NCBI GenBank assembly: GCA_003244255.1
Contig: QHCD01000006.1
Coordinates: forward strand, 18,894 to 82,893
Length of the DNA: 64,000 nt
Source: Pseudonocardiales bacterium
Lineage (GTDB): Bacteria > Actinomycetota > Actinomycetes > Mycobacteriales > QHCD01
Reading direction: 5' to 3'
Below the pieces are notes generated by a model. That model saw only the letters and a program-made list of their open reading frames with translations, had not been told where the DNA came from and ran no database searches. The translations under genes were made by a program, and so were the position numbers. Positions 55,152 to 63,411 of this stretch are shown here, one piece after another. Numbering within the stretch: position 1 is the first letter of the stretch; each line of letters starts with the position of its first letter.

Positions 55152-56174
55152 GTGTTCCGCCGCTTGATCGCCGGGCTCGTCGTCAGCGCCCTGGCCGCGT
55201 TCGGTCTGCTCGCCGTCACGCAGCCCGCCGGTGCCGGCCCGGTCGCGCCGGCCGACGGGAACTGTGGACTCGCCTGCCCGACTGGGCCGCCGACGGGGGG
55301 TGGCGGACCGGGCGGCAAGATCTACGCGCAGACCATCCACGTGAGCGTCAGCCACGTCGGCGGCGTATCCGGCAGCCCGGGCACCGGTGGCGGCTCGTAC
55401 TCCGTGCCGTCGCCCTGCGGATACCAGTCGTGGGGATCGAACGCGACCATGGAGGCCCTCGTCACCGTGATCGGGTTCTTCCCGATTGTCGGCGGCCTGC
55501 TGCAGTTGTTATTCCCGAGCCCCGCGGAGCTACATGCCCATGACGGGGACAAGACCGGCTACTGGTTCGGGGCAACGTGCAAAGCGGTTCCGCCACACAA
55601 CCCGCCGACCAGTGCCGACGCCGCCTTGTTACAGGCCGAGAAGGACTGGGGCAAGATCAATCGGCCCTGGGTGTTCGTGAATCCGGCCAACCCGCCGATG
55701 CCACCAGTCTCCGCCGGGATCCTGTCGGCGTACGCATACAACGCCGCCGTCAATGCGATTCCGACGCCGACCGTCAACATCGCGCCGCGCGGACAGACGC
55801 TGACTCAGGCGAAGACGCTGGTCTGGCTCAACCGGGGCAACATCTCGCCGGTATCGGCGACGGCGACCGCCGCCAACAGCCCGACGGTGACGGTGCGTGC
55901 CGACAACAAGGGAGTTGCGTTCAACAACCTGCCGGCCGGGGCCGAAGCTGACCCGGCCTGTACGAACGGCGGCACGCCGTACCGGCCCGGCTCGTCGCCG
56001 GGCAACTGCTGGATCCGCTTCGTCGCGCCGAGCCGGGGTGTGTCGTTCACGGTGTCGACGACGTGGCACATCTCCGTGACCGGAGGGCCGTTGACGGGCG
56101 CCGACACCGAGGTCAGGACCAGCGCCCCGGTGACGGTCGCGGTCGCCCAGTCGCAGGCCGTCGGCACGAGGTAG
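55152..56174 (+). CDS. Hypothetical secreted protein (340 aa)
   Basis: GTG start with GAGGAGG 8 nt upstream. It has a signal peptide MFRRLIAGLVVSALAAFGLLAVTQPAGA, a Gly/Pro-rich segment, several Cys, and an internal hydrophobic stretch VTVIGFFPIVGGLLQLLF. I recognise no family. Confidence 0.55.
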   Translation: MFRRLIAGLVVSALAAFGLLAVTQPAGAGPVAPADGNCGLACPTGPPTGGGGPGGKIYAQTIHVSVSHVGGVSGSPGTGGGSYSVPSPCGYQSWGSNATMEALVTVIGFFPIVGGLLQLLFPSPAELHAHDGDKTGYWFGATCKAVPPHNPPTSADAALLQAEKDWGKINRPWVFVNPANPPMPPVSAGILSAYAYNAAVNAIPTPTVNIAPRGQTLTQAKTLVWLNRGNISPVSATATAANSPTVTVRADNKGVAFNNLPAGAEADPACTNGGTPYRPGSSPGNCWIRFVAPSRGVSFTVSTTWHISVTGGPLTGADTEVRTSAPVTVAVAQSQAVGTR

Positions 56175-56182
56175 TCGGCCGC

Positions 56183-56902
56183 GTGTACCTGGCGCTCCCG
56201 CCTCGGCGTCGTTCGCGCGGTGTCGTCGTCTGCACCCTGGTCACGTTTGCGCTGGCGGCGTGTGGCGGTGGAACGAAGGACGACGGCGGGAAGCCGACGC
56301 CGCACTCCGACGTCTCGGCACCCTCGGTCCCGGTTGGCACCGCGTCGACGACCGTGCCGCCCATCTCGGCGGCGTCGTCGTCGACACCGCCTTCGTCGAC
56401 AAGCTCCACGTCGACAAGCCCCCCGCCGACCACCCCGCCGGCGCCTGCGACTGCGCTGCCGACCGGATCGGGTAAGAGCACGATCAGCTACGGCGGCACG
56501 ACGCCGGCGTCGAAGCCGCAGCAGGCGGTATATCTCGCATACGCGAACTACTGGGCCCTGCTCGGCCAGCTCGGACAGCACCCGACGATCAACAATGCCG
56601 GAATCCTCCGGTACACGACCGGATCGGTGCGCACCAACCTGATCGTGAATATGCGTTCCTACGCGTCGCAGGGAAAGCAGGCAATTGGCCCGATCAGGCT
56701 CCGGCCATCGGTCATGTCGGTATCCGGTAGCACGGCGTCCGTGAGCGACTGCGTCGACCAGCGCGGCGTCGTCACCTACATCAACGGCAAGAGGCAGGCG
56801 GGCACCGGCGACATCGCGACGTACCTGACCCTGCTGACCTTCGAGGACGGCCGCTGGCTGGTGAGCGCTGCCACGAACGGTGCCGCGAACAGTTGCTCCT
56901 GA
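56183..56902 (+). CDS. Hypothetical lipoprotein with a Ser/Thr/Pro linker and an NTF2-like C-terminal domain
   Basis: GTG 56183 within ORF 56063..56902, 9 nt after the upstream stop. It has the lipobox ALAAC and a linker SSSTPPSSTSSTSTSPPPTTPP. The C terminus is ...A.V.DC.D......I..NGK........ATYLTLLTFEDGRWLVS. Confidence 0.55.
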   Translation: MYLALPPRRRSRGVVVCTLVTFALAACGGGTKDDGGKPTPHSDVSAPSVPVGTASTTVPPISAASSSTPPSSTSSTSTSPPPTTPPAPATALPTGSGKSTISYGGTTPASKPQQAVYLAYANYWALLGQLGQHPTINNAGILRYTTGSVRTNLIVNMRSYASQGKQAIGPIRLRPSVMSVSGSTASVSDCVDQRGVVTYINGKRQAGTGDIATYLTLLTFEDGRWLVSAATNGAANSCS

Positions 56903-56923
56903 CGCCGTCGGGCGTCAGGAGCA
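56894..56923 (+). terminator. Perfect 13-bp hairpin overlapping the stop codon, between convergent genes
   Basis: tgctcctgacgcc-gtcg-ggcgtcaggagca. There is no U tract. It could serve both the lipoprotein operon and paaX. Confidence 0.5.
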
Positions 56924-56948
56924 GTAAGGGCGGCTCGGGCTCAAACCG

Positions 56949-57791
56949 TCAACCGTGGATTGACGATTCTCGGGCGACTGGGCCCTCGACGACGCGGCGG
57001 ACGTGCTCCAGCGCCGCACCGGCAAGCCGTTCGCGCAACCGTGCGAACAGCTCGGACGCCGTCCGGCCCTCCCATCCGGGCGGCAGCAGTTCCGCGGGCA
57101 GCCCTGGGTCGAGGAAGGGCAGGCCGCGCCACCGGTCCAGCGCCGCGAGGTAGTCGGCGAACGCGTCGCGCTCCGATCCCGCCCGCTGGCGCCACGCACG
57201 GTCGACCGGCCGGTGCACCGCGATGAACTCGGCGTACTGCGCCCGCACGCCATCGAGATCCCAGCACCGGGCCACCAGCGAGCGCGCGTCGCCGAACCCG
57301 GTGTAGGTGGCGTGGAAGAGGTCGACGTAGCCCGCCAGGCCGAGCGATTCGAGCATCGCGCGGGTAGGGTCGAGCAGCCTTCGCGGCGCGATCCAGACTC
57401 CCGGCGCCGGCGCGCCGAAGCCGAGCCAGGTGAGTCGCGAGCGCAAGAGGTGCCGGTCGGCGCGACGGTGCTCGGGGACCGAGAAGACCACGACGGCCCA
57501 ACCGTCGGCGAGGTCGGCGGCCCGTTGCGCGCCGTAGATCCGCTCGTCGCCAGCGTCGAGGGCCGCTCGCGCGACGGACGAGAGCGCATACCCCGCCGCG
57601 CCGTTGCGCCGGCTCGCTGCCAGCCAGCCGATCTGTTTCAGCCGCGACATCGACGACCGCACCGCCTGCGGATCGAGGTTGATCTCTGCCATCAGGGTCA
57701 GCAGGTGCGACACCGCGATCCAGCCGTCGAGCTGGCGGACGAACGCGCCGTAGAAGCTGAGGATCAGCGACCGCGGTCTCGACGTCGCCAT
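56949..57791 (-). CDS. paaX: PaaX-family transcriptional regulator
   Basis: 280 aa, with RPRSLILSFYGAFVR..GGWI.V..L..LM.....D.QAVRSS.SRLK..GWL, the PaaX N-terminal wHTH, plus the PaaX C-terminal domain. Confidence 0.85.
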   Translation of the reverse strand: MATSRPRSLILSFYGAFVRQLDGWIAVSHLLTLMAEINLDPQAVRSSMSRLKQIGWLAASRRNGAAGYALSSVARAALDAGDERIYGAQRAADLADGWAVVVFSVPEHRRADRHLLRSRLTWLGFGAPAPGVWIAPRRLLDPTRAMLESLGLAGYVDLFHATYTGFGDARSLVARCWDLDGVRAQYAEFIAVHRPVDRAWRQRAGSERDAFADYLAALDRWRGLPFLDPGLPAELLPPGWEGRTASELFARLRERLAGAALEHVRRVVEGPVARESSIHG

Positions 57792-58195
57792 CAGTCGGGT
57801 ACGACGGCGACGCCGACGAGCTCGACCAGGGCCGCGGGATCGGCCAGCGCGACGACGCCGAACAGCGCGATCGCTGGGTAGTGCCGGTGGAGATGCCGCC
57901 GGTAGACGGCGCCGAGATCGCTTGTGTGGCAGCGGTAATCGTCGACGTCGGTAACGTACATCGTCAGGCTGACGAGATGGTCGGGTTCGGCGCCGGCGGC
58001 TCGCAGCGCGGCGACGACGTTGGCGAGGGCCGCGTCGAACTGCTCGACGAGCGTCGCACCGACGATGCGACCGGTGGCGTCCGCGCCGGTCTGGCCACCG
58101 AGATAGACGGTCTGGCCGGGTACGGCGACAACAGCGTGCGCGAACCCGCGCGCCGGCGCCAGCTCGGGGGGGTTGACGATCCGGTGTCGGCTCAT
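57791..58195 (-). CDS. RidA/YjgF-family (enamine/imine deaminase-like) protein
   Basis: 134 aa, with the typical YLGGQTG.D..G, N..A.L.AAG and VE.V blocks. Both its start and its stop overlap neighbouring genes. Confidence 0.85.
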   Translation of the reverse strand: MSRHRIVNPPELAPARGFAHAVVAVPGQTVYLGGQTGADATGRIVGATLVEQFDAALANVVAALRAAGAEPDHLVSLTMYVTDVDDYRCHTSDLGAVYRRHLHRHYPAIALFGVVALADPAALVELVGVAVVPD

Positions 58196-59025
58196 CGGCC
58201 CCGCCAGTTCGGCTGCCGCTGCTGGGTGAATGCCGCGTGGAACTCGCGGAAGTCGGCGCTGCCCATCAGCAGCGCCTGTGTCGTCGCATCCAGCTCGAGG
58301 GCGGCCGACAGTGGCATGTCGAGCTCGCGGCTGATCAGCGACTTGGTTGTGGCGTAAGCGAATGCGGGGCCATCGGCGAGCCGTCGCGCGGTCGCAGTCG
58401 CGGCGTCGTCGAGGGCATCGTCGTCGACCAGCTCGCTCACCAGTCCGATACGCTCGGCTTGCGCGGCATCGATCGTGTCGCCAAGGAGCAGCAGCCTGCT
58501 CGCGTGCCCGACGCCAACGATGCGGGGCAGCAGGTAGGCGGCGCCCATGTCGGCGCCGGAGAGTCCGACCTTGGTGAAGAGGAACGCGAACCGGGCCGAG
58601 CGCGCGACGATCCGGAAATCGGCGGCCAGTGCGAGCACCGATCCCGCGCCTGCGGCGATGCCGTGGACGGCGGCGACGATCGGGATGGGCGTCTCCCGCA
58701 TCGCCTTGACGACGTCGCCGGTCATCCGGGTGAAGTCGAGCAGCTGGTCGGGCCGCTCGCGCATGCCGAGCAGCTCGGCGATGATCTCCTCGACGTCGCC
58801 GCCGGAGCAGAACGCGCGTCCCTCGCCGCGCAGTACCAGCGCCCGCGTGTCGCCGCGCAGGGGCAGCTCGTGCAGGACATCGCGCAGGTCGGCGTAGACG
58901 TCGAAGGTCAGCGCGTTCAGCCGGTCCGGCCGGGTGAAGGTCAGCGTCGCGACGCCGTCGCGATGATCAAGAGCGAAGTGTCGCCAGTCACCGGTGAGTC
59001 CGGCCGAGCCGCGGAACGGGCTCAT
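58192..59025 (-). CDS. Enoyl-CoA hydratase/isomerase family protein
   Basis: ORF 58192..59115. I prefer ATG 59025 (MSPFRGS...), which avoids a 41-nt overlap with the SDR gene. It has the crotonase blocks LTFTRPDRLNAL, GEGRAFCSGGD and VAAVHG.AAGAG. Confidence 0.8.
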   Translation of the reverse strand: MSPFRGSAGLTGDWRHFALDHRDGVATLTFTRPDRLNALTFDVYADLRDVLHELPLRGDTRALVLRGEGRAFCSGGDVEEIIAELLGMRERPDQLLDFTRMTGDVVKAMRETPIPIVAAVHGIAAGAGSVLALAADFRIVARSARFAFLFTKVGLSGADMGAAYLLPRIVGVGHASRLLLLGDTIDAAQAERIGLVSELVDDDALDDAATATARRLADGPAFAYATTKSLISRELDMPLSAALELDATTQALLMGSADFREFHAAFTQQRQPNWRGR

Positions 59026-59074
59026 CCGGGGTCCCCGCGCAGGCGTGAGCGCAGCGAGTGTTTTCGTCGGGTGG

Positions 59075-59824
59075 TCATAGGGTGCTCCCTCCTCCATCGA
59101 GCACCAACGCCGCACCGTTCACGCAGCCGGCCTCGTCACTGACCAGGTAGCGCACCGCGGCCGCCACCTCGTCTGGCTCCAGCAGTCGCCCGAGCGCCGA
59201 ACCCTCGACGAGCGCGTCCTGCGCCTGCGCCGCCGTCCGGCCGGTCTTGTCGACGATCCGGGCGATCGACGCGTCGGTCATCGGCGTGCGCACGTAGGTC
59301 GGGCAGACCGCGTTGCTGGTCACGCCCGATCCGGCGAGCTCCGCCGCGACGGCGCGCATCAGGCCGAGTTGCGCGTGTTTCGAGGCGACGTAGGCCGCGA
59401 TGTACGGCGCACCGCGCAGGGATGCGGTGGACGCGACGAACACGATCCGGCCCCATCCGGCGGCACGCATCCGCGGCACCACGGCGCGGGTCAGCAGGAA
59501 TGACGACGTGGCGTTGGTGCGCAGCGCGTCGTCCCAGGTCGAGAGCTCGGTGCGGTGCAACGGCGCCGAGGGTCCGGTGCCGACGTTGTTCACCAGGATG
59601 TCCACGCCGTCGAGGCCGTCCACCGTGGACACGACGGCGGGCTCGTCGGTGACGTCACAGACGATGGTGCGTACGTCGCCGTCGGCATCGCGTTGCAGTT
59701 TCGCCAGCGCCTCCGGGTCGCGGCCGAGCGCGACGACGTGGTGGCCCTCGGCCGCGAGCGCCAGCGTGACGGCGCGCCCGATTCCCTTGCTGGCACCGGA
59801 AACCAGTGCTCGTCGGGGGCTCAC
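59075..59824 (-). CDS. Short-chain dehydrogenase/reductase (3-hydroxyacyl-CoA dehydrogenase-like)
   Basis: It has LVSGASKGIGRA (TGxxxGIG) and the catalytic YVASK. A GTGA overlap links it to the acyl-CoA dehydrogenase stop. Confidence 0.88.
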   Translation of the reverse strand: MSPRRALVSGASKGIGRAVTLALAAEGHHVVALGRDPEALAKLQRDADGDVRTIVCDVTDEPAVVSTVDGLDGVDILVNNVGTGPSAPLHRTELSTWDDALRTNATSSFLLTRAVVPRMRAAGWGRIVFVASTASLRGAPYIAAYVASKHAQLGLMRAVAAELAGSGVTSNAVCPTYVRTPMTDASIARIVDKTGRTAAQAQDALVEGSALGRLLEPDEVAAAVRYLVSDEAGCVNGAALVLDGGGSTL

Positions 59825-60912
59825 GCGAACAACCCGCGAGCGATGATTTCCCGCTGCACCTCGCTGGCCCCTTCGTAGATGCGGGGCGCGCGCACCTCGC
59901 GGTAGAGGTGCTCGAGCAGATGTCCGCGCTGCAGCGCGACCGCGCCGTGCACCTGGATCGCCGCGTCGACGGCCTCCTGGGCCAGTTCGGTGGCGAGCAG
60001 CTTGGCCATCGCAGCGCGGATGATCGCATCGGGCGCGTCATCGTCGTACGCCGCGGCGGCGGAGTAGACGAGCAGCCGCGCGGCCTCGATACGGGCCGTG
60101 AGGTCGGCCAGCCGGTGCGACACAGCCTGCAGCCGCGCCAGCGGTGCACCGAAGGCCTCGCGCTTGGCGGCGTGACCCACGGCCGCGTCGAGAGCCGCCG
60201 CCGCCATCCCGATCGCGAACGCGCCGACGCTCGGGCGGAACAGCGTCAGGGTGCCCATGGCGACGCCGAATCCGTGACCGACCGCACCGAGCAGGTCGTC
60301 GGGTCCGACCTCGACGCCGTCGAAGACCAGCCGGCCGATCGCGTGTGGCGCGACCATGTCGATCCGCTCGCCGGACAGCCCGGCGCGATCCGCCGGCACG
60401 GCGAACGCCGTCACGCCGCGGGCGCCGGAGTCGTCGCCGGTGCGGGCGAAGACCGAGTAGATGTCCGCGTCCGGCGCGTTGGAGATCCACGTCTTCTCAC
60501 CGTGCAGCGTCCAGCCGTGAGCGGACGACGCGGCTCGCAGCTTCAGCGCGGCGGCGTCGGAGCCGGCATCGGGTTCGGACAGCGCAAAGGCCGCGACGAC
60601 GTCGCCGGCCGCGATCGCCGGGATCCACCGCCGCACCAGGGTCTGCGACCCGTGCCGCCGGATCGGGAACCCGCCGAGTCCCTGCAGCGCCAGTGCGGTC
60701 TCGGCCTCGGTACAGCCGTACGCGAGCCCCTCACGCAGCAGGCACAGCGTGGCGGCTCGCGGCTCGGCGTCGTCGGGGAATACCTGTCGCAGCAGGCCTA
60801 TAGCACCAAGCGCGCGAACCAGCGGTCGGTTGACCCTGCCCGGTTCGCCGGCTGCGGCGATGGGCGCGAGCTCGGTGGCGATGGCGCGGATCTCGGCCCG
60901 CTCCTCGCTCAC
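59821..60912 (-). CDS. Acyl-CoA dehydrogenase
   Basis: Last 363 aa of track ORF 59821..62424, from GTG 60912 (GTGA overlap with the upstream stop). It has FALSEPDAGSD, GEKTWISNA and the C-terminal YEGASEVQREIIAR. Confidence 0.88.
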   Translation of the reverse strand: MSEERAEIRAIATELAPIAAAGEPGRVNRPLVRALGAIGLLRQVFPDDAEPRAATLCLLREGLAYGCTEAETALALQGLGGFPIRRHGSQTLVRRWIPAIAAGDVVAAFALSEPDAGSDAAALKLRAASSAHGWTLHGEKTWISNAPDADIYSVFARTGDDSGARGVTAFAVPADRAGLSGERIDMVAPHAIGRLVFDGVEVGPDDLLGAVGHGFGVAMGTLTLFRPSVGAFAIGMAAAALDAAVGHAAKREAFGAPLARLQAVSHRLADLTARIEAARLLVYSAAAAYDDDAPDAIIRAAMAKLLATELAQEAVDAAIQVHGAVALQRGHLLEHLYREVRAPRIYEGASEVQREIIARGLFA

Positions 60913-63209
60913 GGCCGCTGCTCGCGGCGGCGGGCCGTCTTGCCTGAGAGGTACTGGTTCGGCCAGCTGATGCCGGGGCCGTCGTAGCCGAGGTCCAGGG
61001 CCGCGTTCAGCGTCCAGTACGGGTCGACCAGGTGCGGGCGGGCGAGCGCGCAGAGGTCGGCGCGGCCCGCCATCAGGATCGTGTTCACGTCGTCGACCGA
61101 CGACACGGCGCCGACGGTGATCGTCGCAATGCCGACCTCCTGCTTGATCCGGTCCGCATACGGCGTCTGGTACAGCCGTCCGTATGCGGGTCGCTGGTCC
61201 GGCCACACCTGGCCGGTGGAGACGTCGACGATGTCGCAGCCGTGGGCGGCCAGCAGGCCGGCGAACTCGACGGCGTCGTCGCCGTCGAATCCGCCGTCCA
61301 CCCAGTCGGTTGCCGAGATCCGCACCGAGATCGGGCGGTCGGCCGGCCACGCCGCGCGGACGGCATCGTAGATTTCCAGCGGGTAGCGGGCTCGCTGCTC
61401 GAGGGTGCCGCCGTATCCGTCGGTGCGCCGGTTCGCCAGCGGGGAGAGGAAGCTCGACAGCAGGTACCCGTGCGCGAAGTGCAGCTCCAGGATGTCGAAA
61501 CCGCACTCGGCGCCCCGCCGCGCGCTCGCCACGAAGCACTGGCGGACGGCGTCCATGTCGGCACGGGTCATCTCGCGCGGCAGCTGGTTGAATTCCTTGT
61601 ACCGCAGGGCAGACGGCGCGATCACCGGCCAGTTGCCGTCGTCGAGCGGGACGTCCTCGCCCTCCCAGAGTGTCTTCGTCGACGCCTTGCGCCCGGCGTG
61701 GCCAAGCTGCAGTCCGATCCTCGCGTCGGTCTTCCGGTGCACGAACTCGACGATGCGGGTGAAGGCGGCGGCCTGCTCGTCGTTCCACAGACCGCAGCAG
61801 TGCGGCGTGATCCGGCCCTCCGGCGACACGCAGGTCATCTCCGTGAACACCAGCCCGGCGCCGCCTGCCGCCCGCGATCCCCAGTGCACCAGGTGCCAGT
61901 CGTTCGGCACGCCGTCGCCGTCGCACGAGTACTGCGCCATCGGTGAGACGACGACGCGGTTGCGCAGCCGCATGCCGCGCAGCGTGTACGGGTGGAACAG
62001 TGGCGGCGTGCCGTCGGCGAGCTGCTCCCCGGCGGCGCGGGCCTGCCGAACGAGCCAGCGGTCGAGGTCGGCGACGAACGCGGGATCGCGCACCTTCAGG
62101 TTGTCGTAGGTGACCCGCTGACTGCGGGTGAGCAGCTGGAAGGCGAACCGCTCGTCGGGCAGGTCGCGGTAGCGGGAGGCGCCTTCGAACCACTCCAGCG
62201 ACGTCTGGGCCGCACGCTGTGTCGAGGCCACCAGCGGCCTGCGCTCGGCCTCGTACTCCTTCAGCGCGATCTCGACGTCGTCGGATGCGGACAGCGCCCG
62301 CGCCAGCGCGATCGCGTCCTCCATGGCCATCTTGGTTCCGGACCCGACCGAGAAGTGGGCGGTGTGGGCGGCGTCGCCCGCAAGCACGATCGGGCAGCGC
62401 TGCGCGGAGCCGGACACCGACCACGCCTGATTGCGGACCGTGGTGAACTCCAGCCAGCGGGAGTTGTTACCGATCAGCGCGGCGCCGTCGAGGTACGCCG
62501 CGAAGAGCCGCTCACAGAAGGCGAGGCTGCGCTCATCGGTCTCGCCGGGGCGCAGCGTGCTGGCATCCACCCTGTCCAGTCCCGCCGCGCGCCAGACTTC
62601 CGGTGCGGTCTCGACGATGAACGTCGACCGGTCGTCGGCGTAGGGATAGATGTGCGCCTGAAAGAGGCCGTGCGGCGAGTCGACGAAGGCGAAGGTAAAG
62701 TCGGCGAACACCTTTGCGGTGCCGAACCACACGTACTTCGCGGGTCGCCGGTCGGGGTTCGGCCCGAGGTCGCCCGGGTACGCCGATCGGGTCGCGCTGT
62801 TGACGCCGTCGGCGGCGACGACCAGGTCGTAGTCGCGGCGCAGCCGATCGATCGGAGGTGCCGGCGTGTCGAAGCGGACGTCGGCACCGACCTCCGTCGC
62901 TCGTCCGGCCAGGATGCCCAGCAGCTCCACCCGGGCGAGCGCGGCGAACTGGTGGCCGTCCGAGCGCAGCACCCGGCCGTGCGTGTGCACATCGATGGCG
63001 CTCCACTTGCGCCACCGGGCCGCGATCCGCCCGAATGCCTCGGGCTCCGCGGCCGCGATGTTGTCCAGCGTCTCCTGGGAGAAGACGACGCCGAAGCCGA
63101 ACGTGTCATCCGGCGCGTTGCGCTCGAACACGGTGACGTCGTGTCGTGGTCGCAGCAGCGTGGCCGCGAGCAGGCCGGCCGGTCCGCCGCCGACGCACGC
63201 GATCCGCAC
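60909..63209 (-). CDS. Bifunctional aryl-CoA monooxygenase/reductase: FAD hydroxylase domain fused to an Old-Yellow-Enzyme NADH:flavin oxidoreductase domain (salicylyl-CoA 5-hydroxylase / 2-aminobenzoyl-CoA monooxygenase-reductase family)
   Basis: 766 aa. The N terminus has IACVGGGPAGL and GDAAHTAHFSVGSGTKMAMEDA (group A flavin monooxygenase). The C terminus has NR.VVSPM..Y...DG.P.DWH.VH...RA.GGAGL..TE, GLQLGHAGRK and FD..ELH.AHGYLL..FLSP..N.R.D.YGG (OYE). Confidence 0.85.
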   Translation of the reverse strand: MRIACVGGGPAGLLAATLLRPRHDVTVFERNAPDDTFGFGVVFSQETLDNIAAAEPEAFGRIAARWRKWSAIDVHTHGRVLRSDGHQFAALARVELLGILAGRATEVGADVRFDTPAPPIDRLRRDYDLVVAADGVNSATRSAYPGDLGPNPDRRPAKYVWFGTAKVFADFTFAFVDSPHGLFQAHIYPYADDRSTFIVETAPEVWRAAGLDRVDASTLRPGETDERSLAFCERLFAAYLDGAALIGNNSRWLEFTTVRNQAWSVSGSAQRCPIVLAGDAAHTAHFSVGSGTKMAMEDAIALARALSASDDVEIALKEYEAERRPLVASTQRAAQTSLEWFEGASRYRDLPDERFAFQLLTRSQRVTYDNLKVRDPAFVADLDRWLVRQARAAGEQLADGTPPLFHPYTLRGMRLRNRVVVSPMAQYSCDGDGVPNDWHLVHWGSRAAGGAGLVFTEMTCVSPEGRITPHCCGLWNDEQAAAFTRIVEFVHRKTDARIGLQLGHAGRKASTKTLWEGEDVPLDDGNWPVIAPSALRYKEFNQLPREMTRADMDAVRQCFVASARRGAECGFDILELHFAHGYLLSSFLSPLANRRTDGYGGTLEQRARYPLEIYDAVRAAWPADRPISVRISATDWVDGGFDGDDAVEFAGLLAAHGCDIVDVSTGQVWPDQRPAYGRLYQTPYADRIKQEVGIATITVGAVSSVDDVNTILMAGRADLCALARPHLVDPYWTLNAALDLGYDGPGISWPNQYLSGKTARRREQRP

Positions 63210-63210
63210 G

Positions 63211-63411
63211 TCAGACGCCGACGTCGAGCGTGTGCTCGAACTCCAGGCCGAGGTCGTTCACGGGCTGGGCAAGGTAGGCGAGCGCGTGGCGCGCACCAGC
63301 CAGCGCGCACGGCGGCAGGTCGCCGCGTGCGACGAGCTCGTGCAACGCTCGATATACCTGCAGCAGCGCGGTTTCGGCGTCCGTGAGTTCGTTGCCGAGC
63401 AGGTCGGTCAT
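63211..63411 (-). CDS. Hypothetical 66-aa protein between the ligase and hydroxylase genes
   Basis: The ATG overlaps the ligase stop (ATGA), and its stop lies 1 nt before the hydroxylase start. It is helical and acidic, and I recognise no family. Confidence 0.45.
   Translation of the reverse strand: MTDLLGNELTDAETALLQVYRALHELVARGDLPPCALAGARHALAYLAQPVNDLGLEFEHTLDVGV

Noticed and set aside
59821-62424. 867-aa minus-strand ORF
   Set aside because: Only the last 363 aa (from GTG 60912) are an acyl-CoA dehydrogenase. The upstream 500 aa are an Arg/Pro-rich out-of-frame overlay of the 766-aa hydroxylase/reductase gene.
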